NCBI GenBank assembly: GCA_963841915.1
Contig: CAWJEN010000006.1
Location: 1,152,001 to 1,216,000, forward strand
DNA length: 64,000 nucleotides
Origin: an uncultured Planctomycetota bacterium
GTDB lineage: Bacteria > Planctomycetota > Phycisphaerae > Tepidisphaerales > Tepidisphaeraceae
Direction: 5' to 3'
Shown in pieces: positions 50,820-61,785 of the stretch. Both the position numbers and the translations under genes were made by a program. Position 1 is the first letter of the stretch. The number at the start of each line of letters is the position of its first letter. The notes beneath the pieces are model-generated. The model did no database searches and had not been told where the DNA came from. It saw only the letters and a program-made list of their open reading frames with translations.

Positions 50820-51948
50820 GGGCCTGACGGGCGGCACGTCTATACGCGAGCGACAGGCGAAGCAGCACGAGTCCGATGACGAGCATCACGCCCCCGGTAA
50901 GGACAAGAAGCGCTAATCGGTTGGCGGGACTACGCGGCACGTGGTCTTCAATAGCAAATCCGAGCTCCATCTCGGCTAGGCCTTGCTGCTCGTAGAACGC
51001 GTCATAGAAGCCGGCTTCTGTCGGATTGCCGCCTTGGCGAATGAGGTCATCTTCGTAAGACCGAAACGCCGTAACCCACGCATCGGCCTGCTGTCGTTCC
51101 TTTGCAAGGTCGGCGGCTACGTCGGCTTCGCTCGGCTCGCCGTGAATCTGCTCCAATAGCGCGTCGATGTCGCCAGCCTCGGCTTGGCCAAGCTCGCGTG
51201 CCCGCAGGTACGAGCGAACGGCAAGATGTTTATCTCCTCGGGCGGCCAGTAGATCGCCGAGTGCTTCGAACAGGTGCGGCGACGTGCCGGTGCCGAATCG
51301 GATCATGCCGACAATGCCCGCAACGGCTTGATCGATTTCGTCGCCGCTGACATTCCGGCCGCGAAGCACGCCTTCCATCACGCGAGCCAACTCTTCCGGC
51401 TCATTGAGGAGTTCGTCGTAACGCGGCCCCAGCAACATCGGCATGACAAAGCTGCCGGGCTTGCCGTCGCGGATGTGCTCGGCGAGCGCGAGCTGATACT
51501 TCTCGCGACCGAAGTGGGCGTCGGGGTTCACCTCGATCGCGCGTTCGATGAACGTGATGCCAATGTTCAAGTCGGCCGAACTGCCGTGCTTCAGGTAACG
51601 GTGCAGGTGAAACGTGCCGAGGTTCGCCAACGCGGTGTATCGCTCAGGATTGGCCTCGACGATCGGCGTCAGCAGGTCGATTGCGCGGTCGAAGTCGCCG
51701 AGCTTTTCGTGGGCGACGGCAAGGTTGTCAATCGCATCAAGATCGTCCGGCTGCTCGGCCAAATGCTCGCGCATCCGCTCGATACGTTGCTCGTAGAAGA
51801 AGTCGCTGTGCCGCTCGACCTTGCCGACCAGCACCGCCGCCACATCCGGCAGGCCACGCTGCTCGTCGCGAAGCGTGTCGTAGTCCCAGATGCACGCGGC
51901 AGCCGGTGCGGCCAGGAGCAGGAGCATTGCGATCAGTCGGACGCGCAT
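50776..51948 (-). CDS. Exported TPR-containing protein with a C-terminal TM
   Basis: Signal peptide ending AAA-CIWDYDT, TPR motifs (DNLAVAHEKLGDFDRAI, ANLGTFH) and NPDAHFGREKYQ. Confidence 0.75.
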   Translation of the reverse strand: MRVRLIAMLLLLAAPAAACIWDYDTLRDEQRGLPDVAAVLVGKVERHSDFFYEQRIERMREHLAEQPDDLDAIDNLAVAHEKLGDFDRAIDLLTPIVEANPERYTALANLGTFHLHRYLKHGSSADLNIGITFIERAIEVNPDAHFGREKYQLALAEHIRDGKPGSFVMPMLLGPRYDELLNEPEELARVMEGVLRGRNVSGDEIDQAVAGIVGMIRFGTGTSPHLFEALGDLLAARGDKHLAVRSYLRARELGQAEAGDIDALLEQIHGEPSEADVAADLAKERQQADAWVTAFRSYEDDLIRQGGNPTEAGFYDAFYEQQGLAEMELGFAIEDHVPRSPANRLALLVLTGGVMLVIGLVLLRLSLAYRRAARQALTPTTTAPAAGDRA

Positions 51949-52039
51949 GGGGTCATGGTACAAGAACTCCACGCGTTTTCTGTCTCGTTGTTGGCGTCGC
52001 CTTGATGCATTGCAGTTTGCATCAGCCATCTAGACTTTG

Positions 52040-52309
52040 ATGGCGAAACCAGTTTGGATCATCGTTGCTCTGCTCATCTGCATGACCGGCGGATATGTCG
52101 CCTATGTGAAACTATTTCCGCAGAACCACCTTGACCCGTTGTCCCCTGAGCAAGTGGCGGCGATGAGGGTCGGTCGCGATACCGAACGCAGCCCGCCCCC
52201 GCCGCCCAAGCCATGGATGACGTGGGCGGAAGCGGCCGATGAGTCGACTGACACGACGCTATCAGAAGCAGCAGCGGCGGCACGAGGTTCGCCGACAGGA
52301 CAATCGTGA
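52040..52309 (+). CDS. Small hypothetical membrane-anchored protein
   Basis: N-terminal TM and a Pro-rich segment. Confidence 0.45.
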   Translation: MAKPVWIIVALLICMTGGYVAYVKLFPQNHLDPLSPEQVAAMRVGRDTERSPPPPPKPWMTWAEAADESTDTTLSEAAAAARGSPTGQS

Positions 52310-52441
52310 AAAAGCTCGCGACTCTGCATTCTCCCTAATGCGGATTGCAGGTTATCCGAGGTGTTCGGACACACCCGCAAAAGAGTGCCGATAAGCCGAT
52401 CCGGCCTTCAGGCTGCAGCGCCATTGCCTGATCTTCTTCAA

Positions 52442-54135
52442 ATGAAGCCTCTCCACATCGTGTGGCTCCTCGTTTTCTGCAGCATCGGCTGCGCGTCGGG
52501 AGGCGCGACGATGCCTGGCTACGAAAAGCCGTACCTCTATGGCACGGTCAGCACCATGCCCGGACCGGGACAGCAGGCGACGCGTAACTCGTCGGAGGGC
52601 AGACTCTGGTACTTCTACAACCAGTCCAACCCCAAAGACCGCGGCAAAGGGCCGAAACTGCGGGGCTTTGCGGACAAGGAGACCAAGCGGCCTCTGACCG
52701 ATGTCCGCTACACCGAGCTTTACCTGATTCGTGGTGACCTGGCCATTGGAAAGGACGTCGAGTCGGGCAACTTCGAACGCATTTCACTCCCGAGCGGCCG
52801 ACGCAAGGTGCTGCCGGGCTCAAAGGTCTTTCTGGTGCGATCCGGTATGACCCAGAGCACCGGCATCAATTTCCCGGTGATGGCCGACAAGCAGGACGAT
52901 GGCCGGTGGAGCGTGACGCTTTTGAGCCCGGAGCTGGAGCCGACGACGGTCGTGCGTGACGTCATCGGCCGCTCGTTTGTCGAAGGTCGTCCGCCCGTGC
53001 AATACCTTCCAGCCGGGGGATTCGCTGTGAGCTTCGCCCCGGATGAAGGCGATCCGTACGACGTTATTTTCGACCAGGCCGGCGTGCCGATCAGTCCGCC
53101 GCTTAACGGACTTGTTCGCCACCTTGGCCTCAAGAGTGACTATGGCGGCGCGGTGCAGCTGGCGGTGGAGGTCGATGCGGAGCGTGAGCTTTCGTGGCCG
53201 CTACGCGACGACGGCAAGATCGTGCCGATGCCCGAAGATTGCCTCGGCATTCGGCCGCTGAAGCACGACTGGCGCAACTCCCTCGTCGCCGGTTACGCCG
53301 TTGGTTGGCGTACCGAAGCGGGCGAGCGCTGGGCGGTGTATCCCAAGGCGCGGGTCGATCTGCAGGAGCTGCTGGCGACGCGTGACGCGACGATGTTCGA
53401 GAGCGTCTCCATGGTTTCGGGTAGTCGACAGGTCAGCAATCACACGGTCGTGGAGGCCATCGTCATGGCCAGGCTCCCGGCCGACTCGGACACCGGCGGA
53501 TGGAGTGCGTGGACGCTTGTTGATGGTCAGAACCTGCTGGACGCCCCGCCACTTTTCGCAGGGCCGTTCGCGAGCGAGCAGTTGTTGAAGAATCACATCC
53601 GGGGATGGAGCCGGCAGAGCGAGCAGCAGGCGGCGGCGGTTCGTCAGGAAGAGCACGAGAAAGCCAAGGCTGCTTACGAGAAGCACCTGGCGCTCAAGGC
53701 GGCTCGCGAGGAGGCCAAGCGGGCCGCACACGCGGCGGCGTTGGCGAAGGTGCGTGATCTCATTCGCCAGGGCAAGTACGAAGAGGCTGATCGGGTGGCC
53801 AGCGAGGCTTACCACGCGGAGGCCATGTGCGAACTGGCGGTGGCTCGCGGAACGCGGGCCGCGTGAGCGAGCTGAGCGCACAGACGCTTTACACCGCGGC
53901 CCGCTGGTCGAAGACCGGCGGCGACTACTTCGAAGCAGAGGCAGACCGACGCCATCGCGCCCTCGCCCAAACCCACAGCGGCGGAGGTGGCGGACAGTGG
54001 TCATCGATGCCAATCCGCCAGGCCTCGCCCGTCGCCCCCAAGGCCTACGTGCCGCCGCGGAACTTCATTGCGGAGATGAAGTGGGAATCGAAGATCAATT
54101 ACCTGTCCGGCAAGCAGAACTGGTATTTCGACTAA
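52442..54135 (+). CDS. Hypothetical exported/lipoprotein with a C-terminal coiled coil; probable frameshift near 53850
   Basis: MKPLHIVWLLVFCSIGC lipobox-like start; ORF 52361-53866 appears to continue in ORF 53827-54135. Confidence 0.6.
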
Positions 54136-54304
54136 GCACTGCTGCGGCTCGGATCCGTTCGACGTTGGCCCGAGCCACGCGGGGAACGCCTCCTTGTCCA
54201 CCTCGCCGGCGGCCCGGAACAACGTGTGGTGCGGCAACGTGAGCCGTTGAACGAACAAGCTTCGCAAGACGAGCCTTCTGCGGTAGACATACCGTGCCAC
54301 CAGC

Positions 54305-55495
54305 ATGAAGGCCCACGAATACCAAGGACGCAAGATTCTCGCCGACTACGGCCTGCCCGTGCCGGACGGCGAGGTCGTGCGCAGTGCCGACGAAGCCGTT
54401 AAGGCTTACGAGAAGTTTGACGGCGAAGGCAAGGGCGACCTCGTCGTCGTCAAGGCGCAGGTGTACGCCGGCGGCCGGGGCAAGGCCGGCTTCGTCAAGC
54501 TCTGCAAGAGCGCCGACGAGGTCCGTGAGGCGGCAGAGTTCATGCTGAGCAACCGCATGACGAACAACCAGACCGGGCCCGAGGGCGTGCCGGTCAGCGT
54601 GCTACTCGTGGCGCCGGGCGTCGACATCGCCAAGGAGTACTACGTCGGCGTGACCGTCGACCGCGGCCGCGGGACGCCGGTGCTGATCGCCTCGGCCGAG
54701 GGTGGCGTGGAGATCGAAGAAGTCGCCGCCAAGAACCCGGACGCGATCATCAAGGAGCCCCTGCACCCGCTGATGGGTCTGCAGCCGTTCCAGGCCCGCG
54801 AAGTCGCTTTCAAGCTCGGCTTCGAAGGCAAGATGGTCAACCAGGCGGCCAAGCTGATGGTCCAGCTCAGCAAGGCCTTTCTCGAAACCGACGCGGAGCT
54901 GGCCGAGATCAACCCGCTCGTCATCACCAAGGAGGGCGAGCTGCTGGCCATCGACGCCAAGTTCACCTTCGACGGCAACGCCGGCTTCCGACAGAAGAAG
55001 ATCGTCGAGATGCAGGACGACTCGCAGGAGAAGGAGCTCGACGTCCGTGCCGCCAAGGCCGACCTGAACTACATCCAGCTCGACGGCAACATCGGCTGCC
55101 TCGTCAACGGTGCAGGCCTGGCTATGGCGACGATGGACGTCATCAAGCTCCACGGCGGCGAGCCGGCCAACTTCCTCGACGTTGGCGGCAGCGTCACCAG
55201 CGAAGGGGCGATCGAGGCGTTCAAGATCATCCTCGCCGACGACTCCGTGAAGGGCATCATGGTCAACATCTTCGGCGGCATCGCCCGGTGCGACCTCATC
55301 GCCGACGCCCTCGTCGAGGCTGGCAAGCAGATCGGCTTCCAGGTGCCGGTGGTTGTGCGGCTTGAGGGCACGAACGTCGACAAGGCCCGCGAAATTCTCG
55401 CCGGCGCGTCGGGCGATCTGCCGACGCTGCAGACCGCTACCGACCTGACCGACGCAGCCGAGAAGGTGACGAGCGCGGTGAAGAAGGCGGCCTAG
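54305..55495 (+). CDS. sucC: Succinate--CoA ligase subunit beta
   Basis: [50 protein letters not shown]. Confidence 0.97.
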   Translation: MKAHEYQGRKILADYGLPVPDGEVVRSADEAVKAYEKFDGEGKGDLVVVKAQVYAGGRGKAGFVKLCKSADEVREAAEFMLSNRMTNNQTGPEGVPVSVLLVAPGVDIAKEYYVGVTVDRGRGTPVLIASAEGGVEIEEVAAKNPDAIIKEPLHPLMGLQPFQAREVAFKLGFEGKMVNQAAKLMVQLSKAFLETDAELAEINPLVITKEGELLAIDAKFTFDGNAGFRQKKIVEMQDDSQEKELDVRAAKADLNYIQLDGNIGCLVNGAGLAMATMDVIKLHGGEPANFLDVGGSVTSEGAIEAFKIILADDSVKGIMVNIFGGIARCDLIADALVEAGKQIGFQVPVVVRLEGTNVDKAREILAGASGDLPTLQTATDLTDAAEKVTSAVKKAA

Positions 55496-55539
55496 GTGGT
55501 GGATTCGCAAACTCCGTCGGCTCGCACCGCGGCCCACCC

Positions 55540-55791
55540 CTAGGCGATGATGCTCGAGACACCGAAGCGGATGCGGGCCCAAGCTCGTTCGTGGAAGTAG
55601 TACAACAGCAATTTGCTCGGCACTTCGAACGCCCCGATGACGCCGCTGGCCTTGGCGATTTCGGCGGTGCCTTCGGGGCGCAGCGTCAGCATCACGCCGA
55701 AGCCGATGATGGCCGTCGTGATGGAGGCGATCGTCCGCCACGACACCGTCTTGGCAAGTGAACGCTTGGCAGACTCTTTAACAACGGTCAT
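55540..55791 (-). CDS. DUF2061-family small membrane protein
   Basis: RSLAKTVSWR...KLLLYYFHERAW. Confidence 0.85.
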   Translation of the reverse strand: MTVVKESAKRSLAKTVSWRTIASITTAIIGFGVMLTLRPEGTAEIAKASGVIGAFEVPSKLLLYYFHERAWARIRFGVSSIIA

Positions 55792-55797
55792 GGAAGC

Positions 55798-56631
55798 TCA
55801 GGCGAGTGGGTTGGGCGGGTTCAGCACCGCCGAATCGTGCAACTTGATCAAGTCCGCAGCGTCGCCGACGGCAACGGGGCCGTGGGATTCGACCAATTCG
55901 CACACTGCTTTATCACGAGAGGCGACGTCGTATCGCTCGAGCCACGCTGCAACTTCGGGAGCGTCCGGCCGCGAAGGGTCACGCAACTGCTTGGGCGGCG
56001 GCTTGAGCTTCAGTCGCCACGGCTTGGGCGTCAGACGGGCGCGGTAGCACTGCTGGTACGTGCACAGTCGCCGGTAGAGCACGTCGCTCTCCAGATCCGT
56101 CAGCAGCTTCGCCGCCTCATCGGACGTCGGCGACATGGGAACATCGGTGACAAACACGCGATATCCGGCCAACGTTCGATAGATCCGCGTCGAACGCCCT
56201 TCGGTGACGTGGCGAATGCGGTCGAGCGTCACCTGCCAGACATCAGTCGGTCGCAGCAAGCGGCGGATCGCTTGGCCGATGTGCAAAAGGCTCCACGGCC
56301 GCTGCCGATCAACGACATCGACGTCGGCGATGAACAGCTCGGCCGCATTGAGCACGACCGCCCCGTAGCCGTTGCGGGTCAACGCTGCGATGCGTCGCCC
56401 GCTCCGCTCGATGTCCTGAAGGATGGGCTCCCGGATCGGCCGATCGGCGTACCCGTACCACCGCTCCAACTCGTGCCCACCGCTGCGACGCAGATACTCG
56501 ACGATGCGTCCTGCGCGAACACGTGCCTGATCGGCTGCGTCGGCGGCTGACACATCCGACCAGCCGAGCGCCGTGCCGTCGTGGCCATCCCCCAGTTCAG
56601 CCCGCTGCCAGTATCGGTGGACACGCATCAT
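55798..56631 (-). CDS. Hypothetical protein, translationally coupled to cysNC
   Basis: ATGA overlap with the cysNC stop; motifs LTRNGYGA, FIADVD and RARLTPKPWR. Confidence 0.7.
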   Translation of the reverse strand: MMRVHRYWQRAELGDGHDGTALGWSDVSAADAADQARVRAGRIVEYLRRSGGHELERWYGYADRPIREPILQDIERSGRRIAALTRNGYGAVVLNAAELFIADVDVVDRQRPWSLLHIGQAIRRLLRPTDVWQVTLDRIRHVTEGRSTRIYRTLAGYRVFVTDVPMSPTSDEAAKLLTDLESDVLYRRLCTYQQCYRARLTPKPWRLKLKPPPKQLRDPSRPDAPEVAAWLERYDVASRDKAVCELVESHGPVAVGDAADLIKLHDSAVLNPPNPLA

Positions 56632-58598
56632 GCCCCTCCTGAGACCAGGCCTCGCTCTCGGAGCAACTCGATGATCTGCCGCACACACGCCTCGGCGGCA
56701 ACTTCATCCGTGCGCAGGTGCACATCGGGAGACTCAGGCCGTTCGTAGGGCGCGTCGACGCCGGTGAACGACTCAAATTCGCCGCCGTCGGCCTGCTCGT
56801 AGGTGCCGCCGGCTCGGCGGCGGCAGACTTCGATGGGCGCGTCGAGGAAGACCTCAATGACGCCGTCATCGCCGACCGCGTCGGCGAGTTGTCTGCGGGC
56901 GTTCTTGCGGTCATCGGCAAACGGGGCGATGAGGCTGACGACGCTGAACAAGCCCGCGTCGGCGAGCATGACAGCGGTCGCTGCCGCCCGGCGGCTGTGC
57001 TCACGTCGGTCGCGGCCGGCGTAGCCGAGGTCGCTGCCGAGTGTGCCCCGCAGGTTTCCGCCGTCGAGCACGGTACCGAACAGGCCCAGGTCGAAGAGTT
57101 CGCGCTCGAGCTGGTAGGCGACCGTGGTCTTGCCACTGCCTTTGAGGCCGGTGAGCCAGACGCAAAACGGCTTGTGCTGCAGCCGCGTGGCACGTTCTTG
57201 GGCCGTGATCAGGCTGCGATGGCGGTGGGTCGTCGCCTGCGGCGTTGCTGCCTTGTCGCTGGGCCTGCCGCCTTGCGATTCGATCGTCTCGCGGTCGAGG
57301 ATCATGCCCGCCGCGACGGTGCCGTGTGTCTGGCGGTCGATGACGACGAAGCCGCCGGTGCTCCTGTTCTTGGCGTAGGCGTCGTACGCGACAGGCCGGG
57401 CCAGCTCGACCTCGACGCGGCCGACCTCGTTGAGTTCAAGCTTGTCGGCCGGGTGCTGGCGGAGCGTGTTGACGTCGGTGCGGTAGCGCAGTGTCTTGAA
57501 CCGGGCCGGCACGTCGCGAGCAGTGTGCTTGATGATGTACTGCCCGCCCGGCTGCATGGGCTTGGCGTCCATCCAGACGAGCATCGCGTCGAACCGATTA
57601 CCGACCCTCGGCACGTTGTTGACCGGCGCGATCACATCGCCGCGAGAGGCGTCGACCTCTTGGGTCGTCGTGATGCAGACGGCCTGGCCCGCCGACGCTT
57701 CGGCGACTTCTTCGGCACCCGGGCCGAGCACGGTCTTGACGGTGGTTCGTGTGCCGGCCGGCAGGACGACAATCTCCTCGCCCGGCCGAATGACGCCGCC
57801 AGCCACGGTGCCCATGTACCCGCGGAACGTGCGGTCGGGCCGACTGACATATTGCACCGGCAGCCGCATATCGACGAGGTTTCGATCGCCGGCGACGTGC
57901 ACATTCTCCAGGTGACTCAGCAAAGGCAGGCCGCCGTACCACGGCATGTGCTTCGACGGCTCGACCACGTTGTCGCCCGCCAATGCGCTCATCGGGATGA
58001 ACGCCACATCCGAAAAGCCCAGCCGGGCCGAGAAGTCGGTAAAGTCACGGCGGACGCTACGAAAGGCCGCCTCGTCCCAGCCAGCCAGATCCATCTTGTT
58101 GACGGCAACGACAATGTGCTTGATGCCCAGGAGCGACGCGATGAACGCGTGTCTGCGGGTCTGGACGATCACGCCTTTCGTCGCATCGACAAGCAAGATG
58201 GCCAGGTTGGCCGTGCTCGCGCCGGTGGCCATGTTCCGCGTGTACTGCTCGTGACCGGGGCAGTCGGCGATGATGAACTTGCGCCTCGGCGTGCTGAAGT
58301 AGCGGTAGGCGACGTCGATCGTAATGCCCTGCTCGCGTTCTGCCTTGAGTCCGTCGGTCACGAGCGCCAGGTCGATGTCACCGCCGGTCGTGCCGACGGT
58401 TTTGCTGGCCTTCTCGACGGCGGCGAGCTGGTCTTCGTAGATGCCCTTGCTTTCGTAGAGCAGCCGGCCGATGAGCGTCGACTTGCCGTCGTCGACGCTG
58501 CCGCACGTGACGAACCGGAGCAGGTCCTTGCGCTCGGTCTCGTCGAGCAACTGCTGTGCGTAGCCGGCATCGGCTTCGGGGTAGGTAGTTTCAGACAT
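56628..58598 (-). CDS. cysNC: Sulfate adenylyltransferase subunit 1 fused to an APS-kinase domain
   Basis: CGSVDDGKST, EREQGITIDVAYRYF, DCPGHEQY and NKMD; C-terminal WLTGLKGSGKTT and FTGVDAPYE. Confidence 0.95.
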   Translation of the reverse strand: MSETTYPEADAGYAQQLLDETERKDLLRFVTCGSVDDGKSTLIGRLLYESKGIYEDQLAAVEKASKTVGTTGGDIDLALVTDGLKAEREQGITIDVAYRYFSTPRRKFIIADCPGHEQYTRNMATGASTANLAILLVDATKGVIVQTRRHAFIASLLGIKHIVVAVNKMDLAGWDEAAFRSVRRDFTDFSARLGFSDVAFIPMSALAGDNVVEPSKHMPWYGGLPLLSHLENVHVAGDRNLVDMRLPVQYVSRPDRTFRGYMGTVAGGVIRPGEEIVVLPAGTRTTVKTVLGPGAEEVAEASAGQAVCITTTQEVDASRGDVIAPVNNVPRVGNRFDAMLVWMDAKPMQPGGQYIIKHTARDVPARFKTLRYRTDVNTLRQHPADKLELNEVGRVEVELARPVAYDAYAKNRSTGGFVVIDRQTHGTVAAGMILDRETIESQGGRPSDKAATPQATTHRHRSLITAQERATRLQHKPFCVWLTGLKGSGKTTVAYQLERELFDLGLFGTVLDGGNLRGTLGSDLGYAGRDRREHSRRAAATAVMLADAGLFSVVSLIAPFADDRKNARRQLADAVGDDGVIEVFLDAPIEVCRRRAGGTYEQADGGEFESFTGVDAPYERPESPDVHLRTDEVAAEACVRQIIELLRERGLVSGGA

Positions 58599-58606
58599 CG
58601 CGTGGT

Positions 58607-59023
58607 TTATCCGTCGTAGAGCATCACCTGGGCTTCACCGGCGGCGCGGCGAAGAGACTTGTCGAGCGTGGCAAGCGGCAATGCGTGCCTCAGCGAGAGC
58701 TCGAGGTAGCAGGCATCATGAAACTTCAGCTTGTGATCCCTTGCGAGAGACATGGTCGACTCGACCCGAACCTCATCGAATTCGATGTCGAAACGGTCTA
58801 GGCGATTCAGAGCGTCATCGACTGCAGCGGGTGCGATCTGCTTATTGACCTCCGCCTTTCGCAGAGCATTGCGGAGTTCGTACCAGCACAAGGCCGGGGC
58901 AGCAGAGACGTGCGACGACAACTTGATCGCCACTGCATCAGCAATCAGCGTCGGGTCGTCACGCAAGACAATTGACGCCAAGAGCGAAGCATCGACGACG
59001 CAGAGAGTTGCCGTTCCAATCAC
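58607..59023 (-). CDS. vapC: PIN-domain toxin (VapC-like)
   Basis: VVDAS, APALCWYE, DACYLELS, LATLDKSL. Confidence 0.88.
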   Translation of the reverse strand: MIGTATLCVVDASLLASIVLRDDPTLIADAVAIKLSSHVSAAPALCWYELRNALRKAEVNKQIAPAAVDDALNRLDRFDIEFDEVRVESTMSLARDHKLKFHDACYLELSLRHALPLATLDKSLRRAAGEAQVMLYDG

Positions 59024-59322
59024 TCGTCCCGCTCCTCTCGAACGAGTGCCAGAACATCCTCCTCAGTCATCGAAGGTACCCCGTTCTGCGATCTCCACGC
59101 TCGGAGACCGCTGCGGTGGGCGTCGAGCCACTGCTTGAAACCGGCAGCGCGCTCGGCTTGATCATCGGCCGGCGAAATTGGTTCGCCATCCGCGGTCTCG
59201 TATCGATGCAAAATGGTGCCGTTGCGTGTGACCTGCATTGGCAGCCCACGCTCGAGACGGTCGGCCGCCTCTGCTGGGAGATCTTCCACGGCGACGGTGA
59301 GGATGTCGAGGGGAGCAGCCAT
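59020..59322 (-). CDS. Probable antitoxin of the VapC toxin
   Basis: 100 aa, QVTRNG Phd-like segment and DVLALVREER tail; GTGA overlap with vapC. Confidence 0.7.
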   Translation of the reverse strand: MAAPLDILTVAVEDLPAEAADRLERGLPMQVTRNGTILHRYETADGEPISPADDQAERAAGFKQWLDAHRSGLRAWRSQNGVPSMTEEDVLALVREERDE

Positions 59323-59339
59323 ACGGCGATCCTAACAAG

Positions 59340-60293
59340 TCAGAAGTACCCGTCCTTCTTCTTCTCTTCCATCCCGCCGTCCTTGTCTTTGTCGACGGCA
59401 CGATTCTGTCGCTCGCTGTTCCTCGCCGCCGCGACTTCGGCGACGACTTCGTCGAGCGTCGCAGCCGTGCTTTCCACTGCACCCGTGCAGATCTGGCAGC
59501 CGAGCGTTCGGAACCGCACGCACGCCGTTTCGACCTGTTCACCCGCCTGCGGCTCGATCTTGTCGCCGGCGTACACGTACATGCCGCTCCGCCGAATCAC
59601 CGGCCGCTCTGCCGCGAAGTACAACGGCACGATCTCGATCGCTTCCCGCGCGATGTACGCCCAGATGTCCAGCTCCGTCCAGTTGCTGATCGGGAAGCAC
59701 CGAAAGCTCTCACCCGGTGCGTGCCGCGTGTTGTACAGGTCCCACAGCTCCGGCCGCTGGTTCTTGGGGTCCCACTGCTGAAAGCTGTCGCGGAAGCTCA
59801 GCACGCGTTCCTTCGCCCGGCTGCGCTCTTCGTCACGCCTTGCCCCTCCGAAGGCGGCGTCGAAGCCGTGGTGCGTCAGCGCGTCGACCAACGCCTGACG
59901 CTTGAGCAGGTCGGCACACTCGCCGCACGACCAGCAGGCGGCGTCTTCGCTTTTCTGCTTCAAAGCCTCTTCGTTCCGCCAGACGATCAACTCCATTCCG
60001 GCGTCCTTGGCCATCTGGTCCCGGTAGTCGTACATCTCCGGAAACTTGAACGATGTGTCGACGTGCATCAGCGGAAAAGGCGGCCTGCCGGGTGCAAAGG
60101 CCTTCTTGGCCAGATGCAGCATCACGGCCGAGTCCTTGCCGACCGAAAACAACATGACCGGCTTCTCACAGCCGGCGACCGTCTCGCGGATGATGTGAAT
60201 GCTCTCGGACTCCAGTTGATCCAAATGTCCGCGACGGCGCACCACGCCATTAGCTGTATCTCCTACCGGCGAATCGGTAATGGCTCCGCTCAT
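59340..60293 (-). CDS. cysD: Sulfate adenylyltransferase subunit 2
   Basis: [54 protein letters not shown]. Confidence 0.97.
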   Translation of the reverse strand: MSGAITDSPVGDTANGVVRRRGHLDQLESESIHIIRETVAGCEKPVMLFSVGKDSAVMLHLAKKAFAPGRPPFPLMHVDTSFKFPEMYDYRDQMAKDAGMELIVWRNEEALKQKSEDAACWSCGECADLLKRQALVDALTHHGFDAAFGGARRDEERSRAKERVLSFRDSFQQWDPKNQRPELWDLYNTRHAPGESFRCFPISNWTELDIWAYIAREAIEIVPLYFAAERPVIRRSGMYVYAGDKIEPQAGEQVETACVRFRTLGCQICTGAVESTAATLDEVVAEVAAARNSERQNRAVDKDKDGGMEEKKKDGYF

Positions 60294-60895
60294 ACTGACA
60301 GGATGCCCCTTTGCCGCAAAAAGTCCAGTACTGCCGCCACTTCTTCTGCGAGCGACATCTCATCCGTCTTCAATCGCAGCTCAGGCGACGTCGGCGGTTC
60401 GTACGGGTCGCTGATCCCGGTGAACGATGCGATCTCGCCCGCCCGCGCCTTCTGGTACAGCCCTTTCGGGTCCCGCTTCTCGGCCTCGGCCAGCGGGCAG
60501 TCGACGAACACCTCGGCAAACATCAGCCCGGCCGCTTCGTGTGTCTGACGGGCAACCTCGCGGTCGACGGCGTACGGGCTGATGAAGCAGACGAGGCAGA
60601 CCAGGCCGGCATCGGCCATGAGCTTGGCCACCTCGCCGACGCGGCGGATGTTTTCTTTTCTGTCGTCGGCGGAAAATGTCAGGCCTGCGTTGAGGCCGAG
60701 CCGAATGTTGTCGCCGTCGAGCCGATAGGTCGCCCGGCCGGCATCGAGCAGTGCCTTTTCGACGGCGACGGCCACCGTGCTCTTGCCGCTGCCGCTCAGG
60801 CCGGTCATCCACAAGGTGCATCCTGGGCCGCCGGTCGTCTTTGCGCGGTCGTCGACCGTTACCGCGCCGGCGTGGAAGGTCAGGTTCGTGCTCAC
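60290..60895 (-). CDS. cysC: Adenylyl-sulfate kinase
   Basis: [35 protein letters not shown]. Confidence 0.97.
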   Translation of the reverse strand: MSTNLTFHAGAVTVDDRAKTTGGPGCTLWMTGLSGSGKSTVAVAVEKALLDAGRATYRLDGDNIRLGLNAGLTFSADDRKENIRRVGEVAKLMADAGLVCLVCFISPYAVDREVARQTHEAAGLMFAEVFVDCPLAEAEKRDPKGLYQKARAGEIASFTGISDPYEPPTSPELRLKTDEMSLAEEVAAVLDFLRQRGILSV

Positions 60896-60930
60896 GCCGG
60901 CAGCCTAAGCCGATAGACTCCCCCTGCCGC

Positions 60931-61785
60931 ATGGATGCCGCCCTTGCCGAACCTCGCTTCCTGACCGACGTGCCACCCGACGCGTGGCACGCGCCGGCCG
61001 ACATTCTGGCGCTGCCACCCGCGAAGGTGCCGAACCACATTGCCGTCATCATGGATGGCAACGGTCGATGGGCGACCCGGCAAGGCAAGCCGCGGCACGA
61101 AGGCCACGCCGAAGGCGCCGCCGTCGTGCCCGACCTGGTCGGCGAATGCTGCCGCCTGCGTGACCGGCTCCAAGGCCCCAACTACCTGACGCTCTACAGC
61201 TTTTCCCTCGAAAACTGGAAAAGACCGCCTGAAGAAGTTGCGTTTCTGATGGAGATGTACGTCGCCTTTCTGCGGGAGCAAAGGCCGCGGATGATGCGGG
61301 AGAACGTTTGCTTCAACCAGATCGGCCGCCTTGAAAATCTGCCGCAACAAGTTCTCGACGAAGTGCACCAGACGCTCGACGAGACGGCCAGGAACGACGG
61401 GCTGACGGTGACGCTCGCCCTCAATTACGGCGGCCGGGCCGAGCTTGTCGACGCCGCCCGCCGGCTCGTCACCGACGGCATCGCAGCGGAGGATATCGAT
61501 GACGACGCCTTTGCCGCCCGCCTGACGACGGGCTTGATCGGCGGCTTTACGGGGCAAACGGTGCCGGACGTCGACCTGCTCATCCGCACCGCCGGCGAGT
61601 TCCGGATCAGCAACTACCTGTTGTGGCAGATCAGCTACGCCGAGATCTTTGTGACCGAGGCGACCTGGCCCGACTTCGGGCGCCGCGAGTTGTTCGAGGC
61701 GATGCGGTCGTACGCGGGCAGGACGCGGCGCTTCGGGGCGGTGGTGGAGGAGGCGTCAGACGAGCACTCGGTCAACCATCTTTGA
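60931..61785 (+). CDS. uppS: Undecaprenyl diphosphate synthase (cis-isoprenyl transferase)
   Basis: HIAVIMDGNGRWA, FSLENWKRP, LNYGGR, DLLIRTAGEFRISNYLLWQ. Confidence 0.96.
   Translation: MDAALAEPRFLTDVPPDAWHAPADILALPPAKVPNHIAVIMDGNGRWATRQGKPRHEGHAEGAAVVPDLVGECCRLRDRLQGPNYLTLYSFSLENWKRPPEEVAFLMEMYVAFLREQRPRMMRENVCFNQIGRLENLPQQVLDEVHQTLDETARNDGLTVTLALNYGGRAELVDAARRLVTDGIAAEDIDDDAFAARLTTGLIGGFTGQTVPDVDLLIRTAGEFRISNYLLWQISYAEIFVTEATWPDFGRRELFEAMRSYAGRTRRFGAVVEEASDEHSVNHL

Noticed and set aside
54305..55495. sucC without an adjacent sucD
   Set aside because: Split suc genes are not rare, and sucD is probably elsewhere in the genome.
56718..58619. Long antisense or alternative-frame ORFs (for example 633 aa here, 35820-37148 and 42982-44349)
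   Set aside because: These are shadow ORFs typical of high-GC DNA, overlapping well-supported genes and lacking recognisable motifs.
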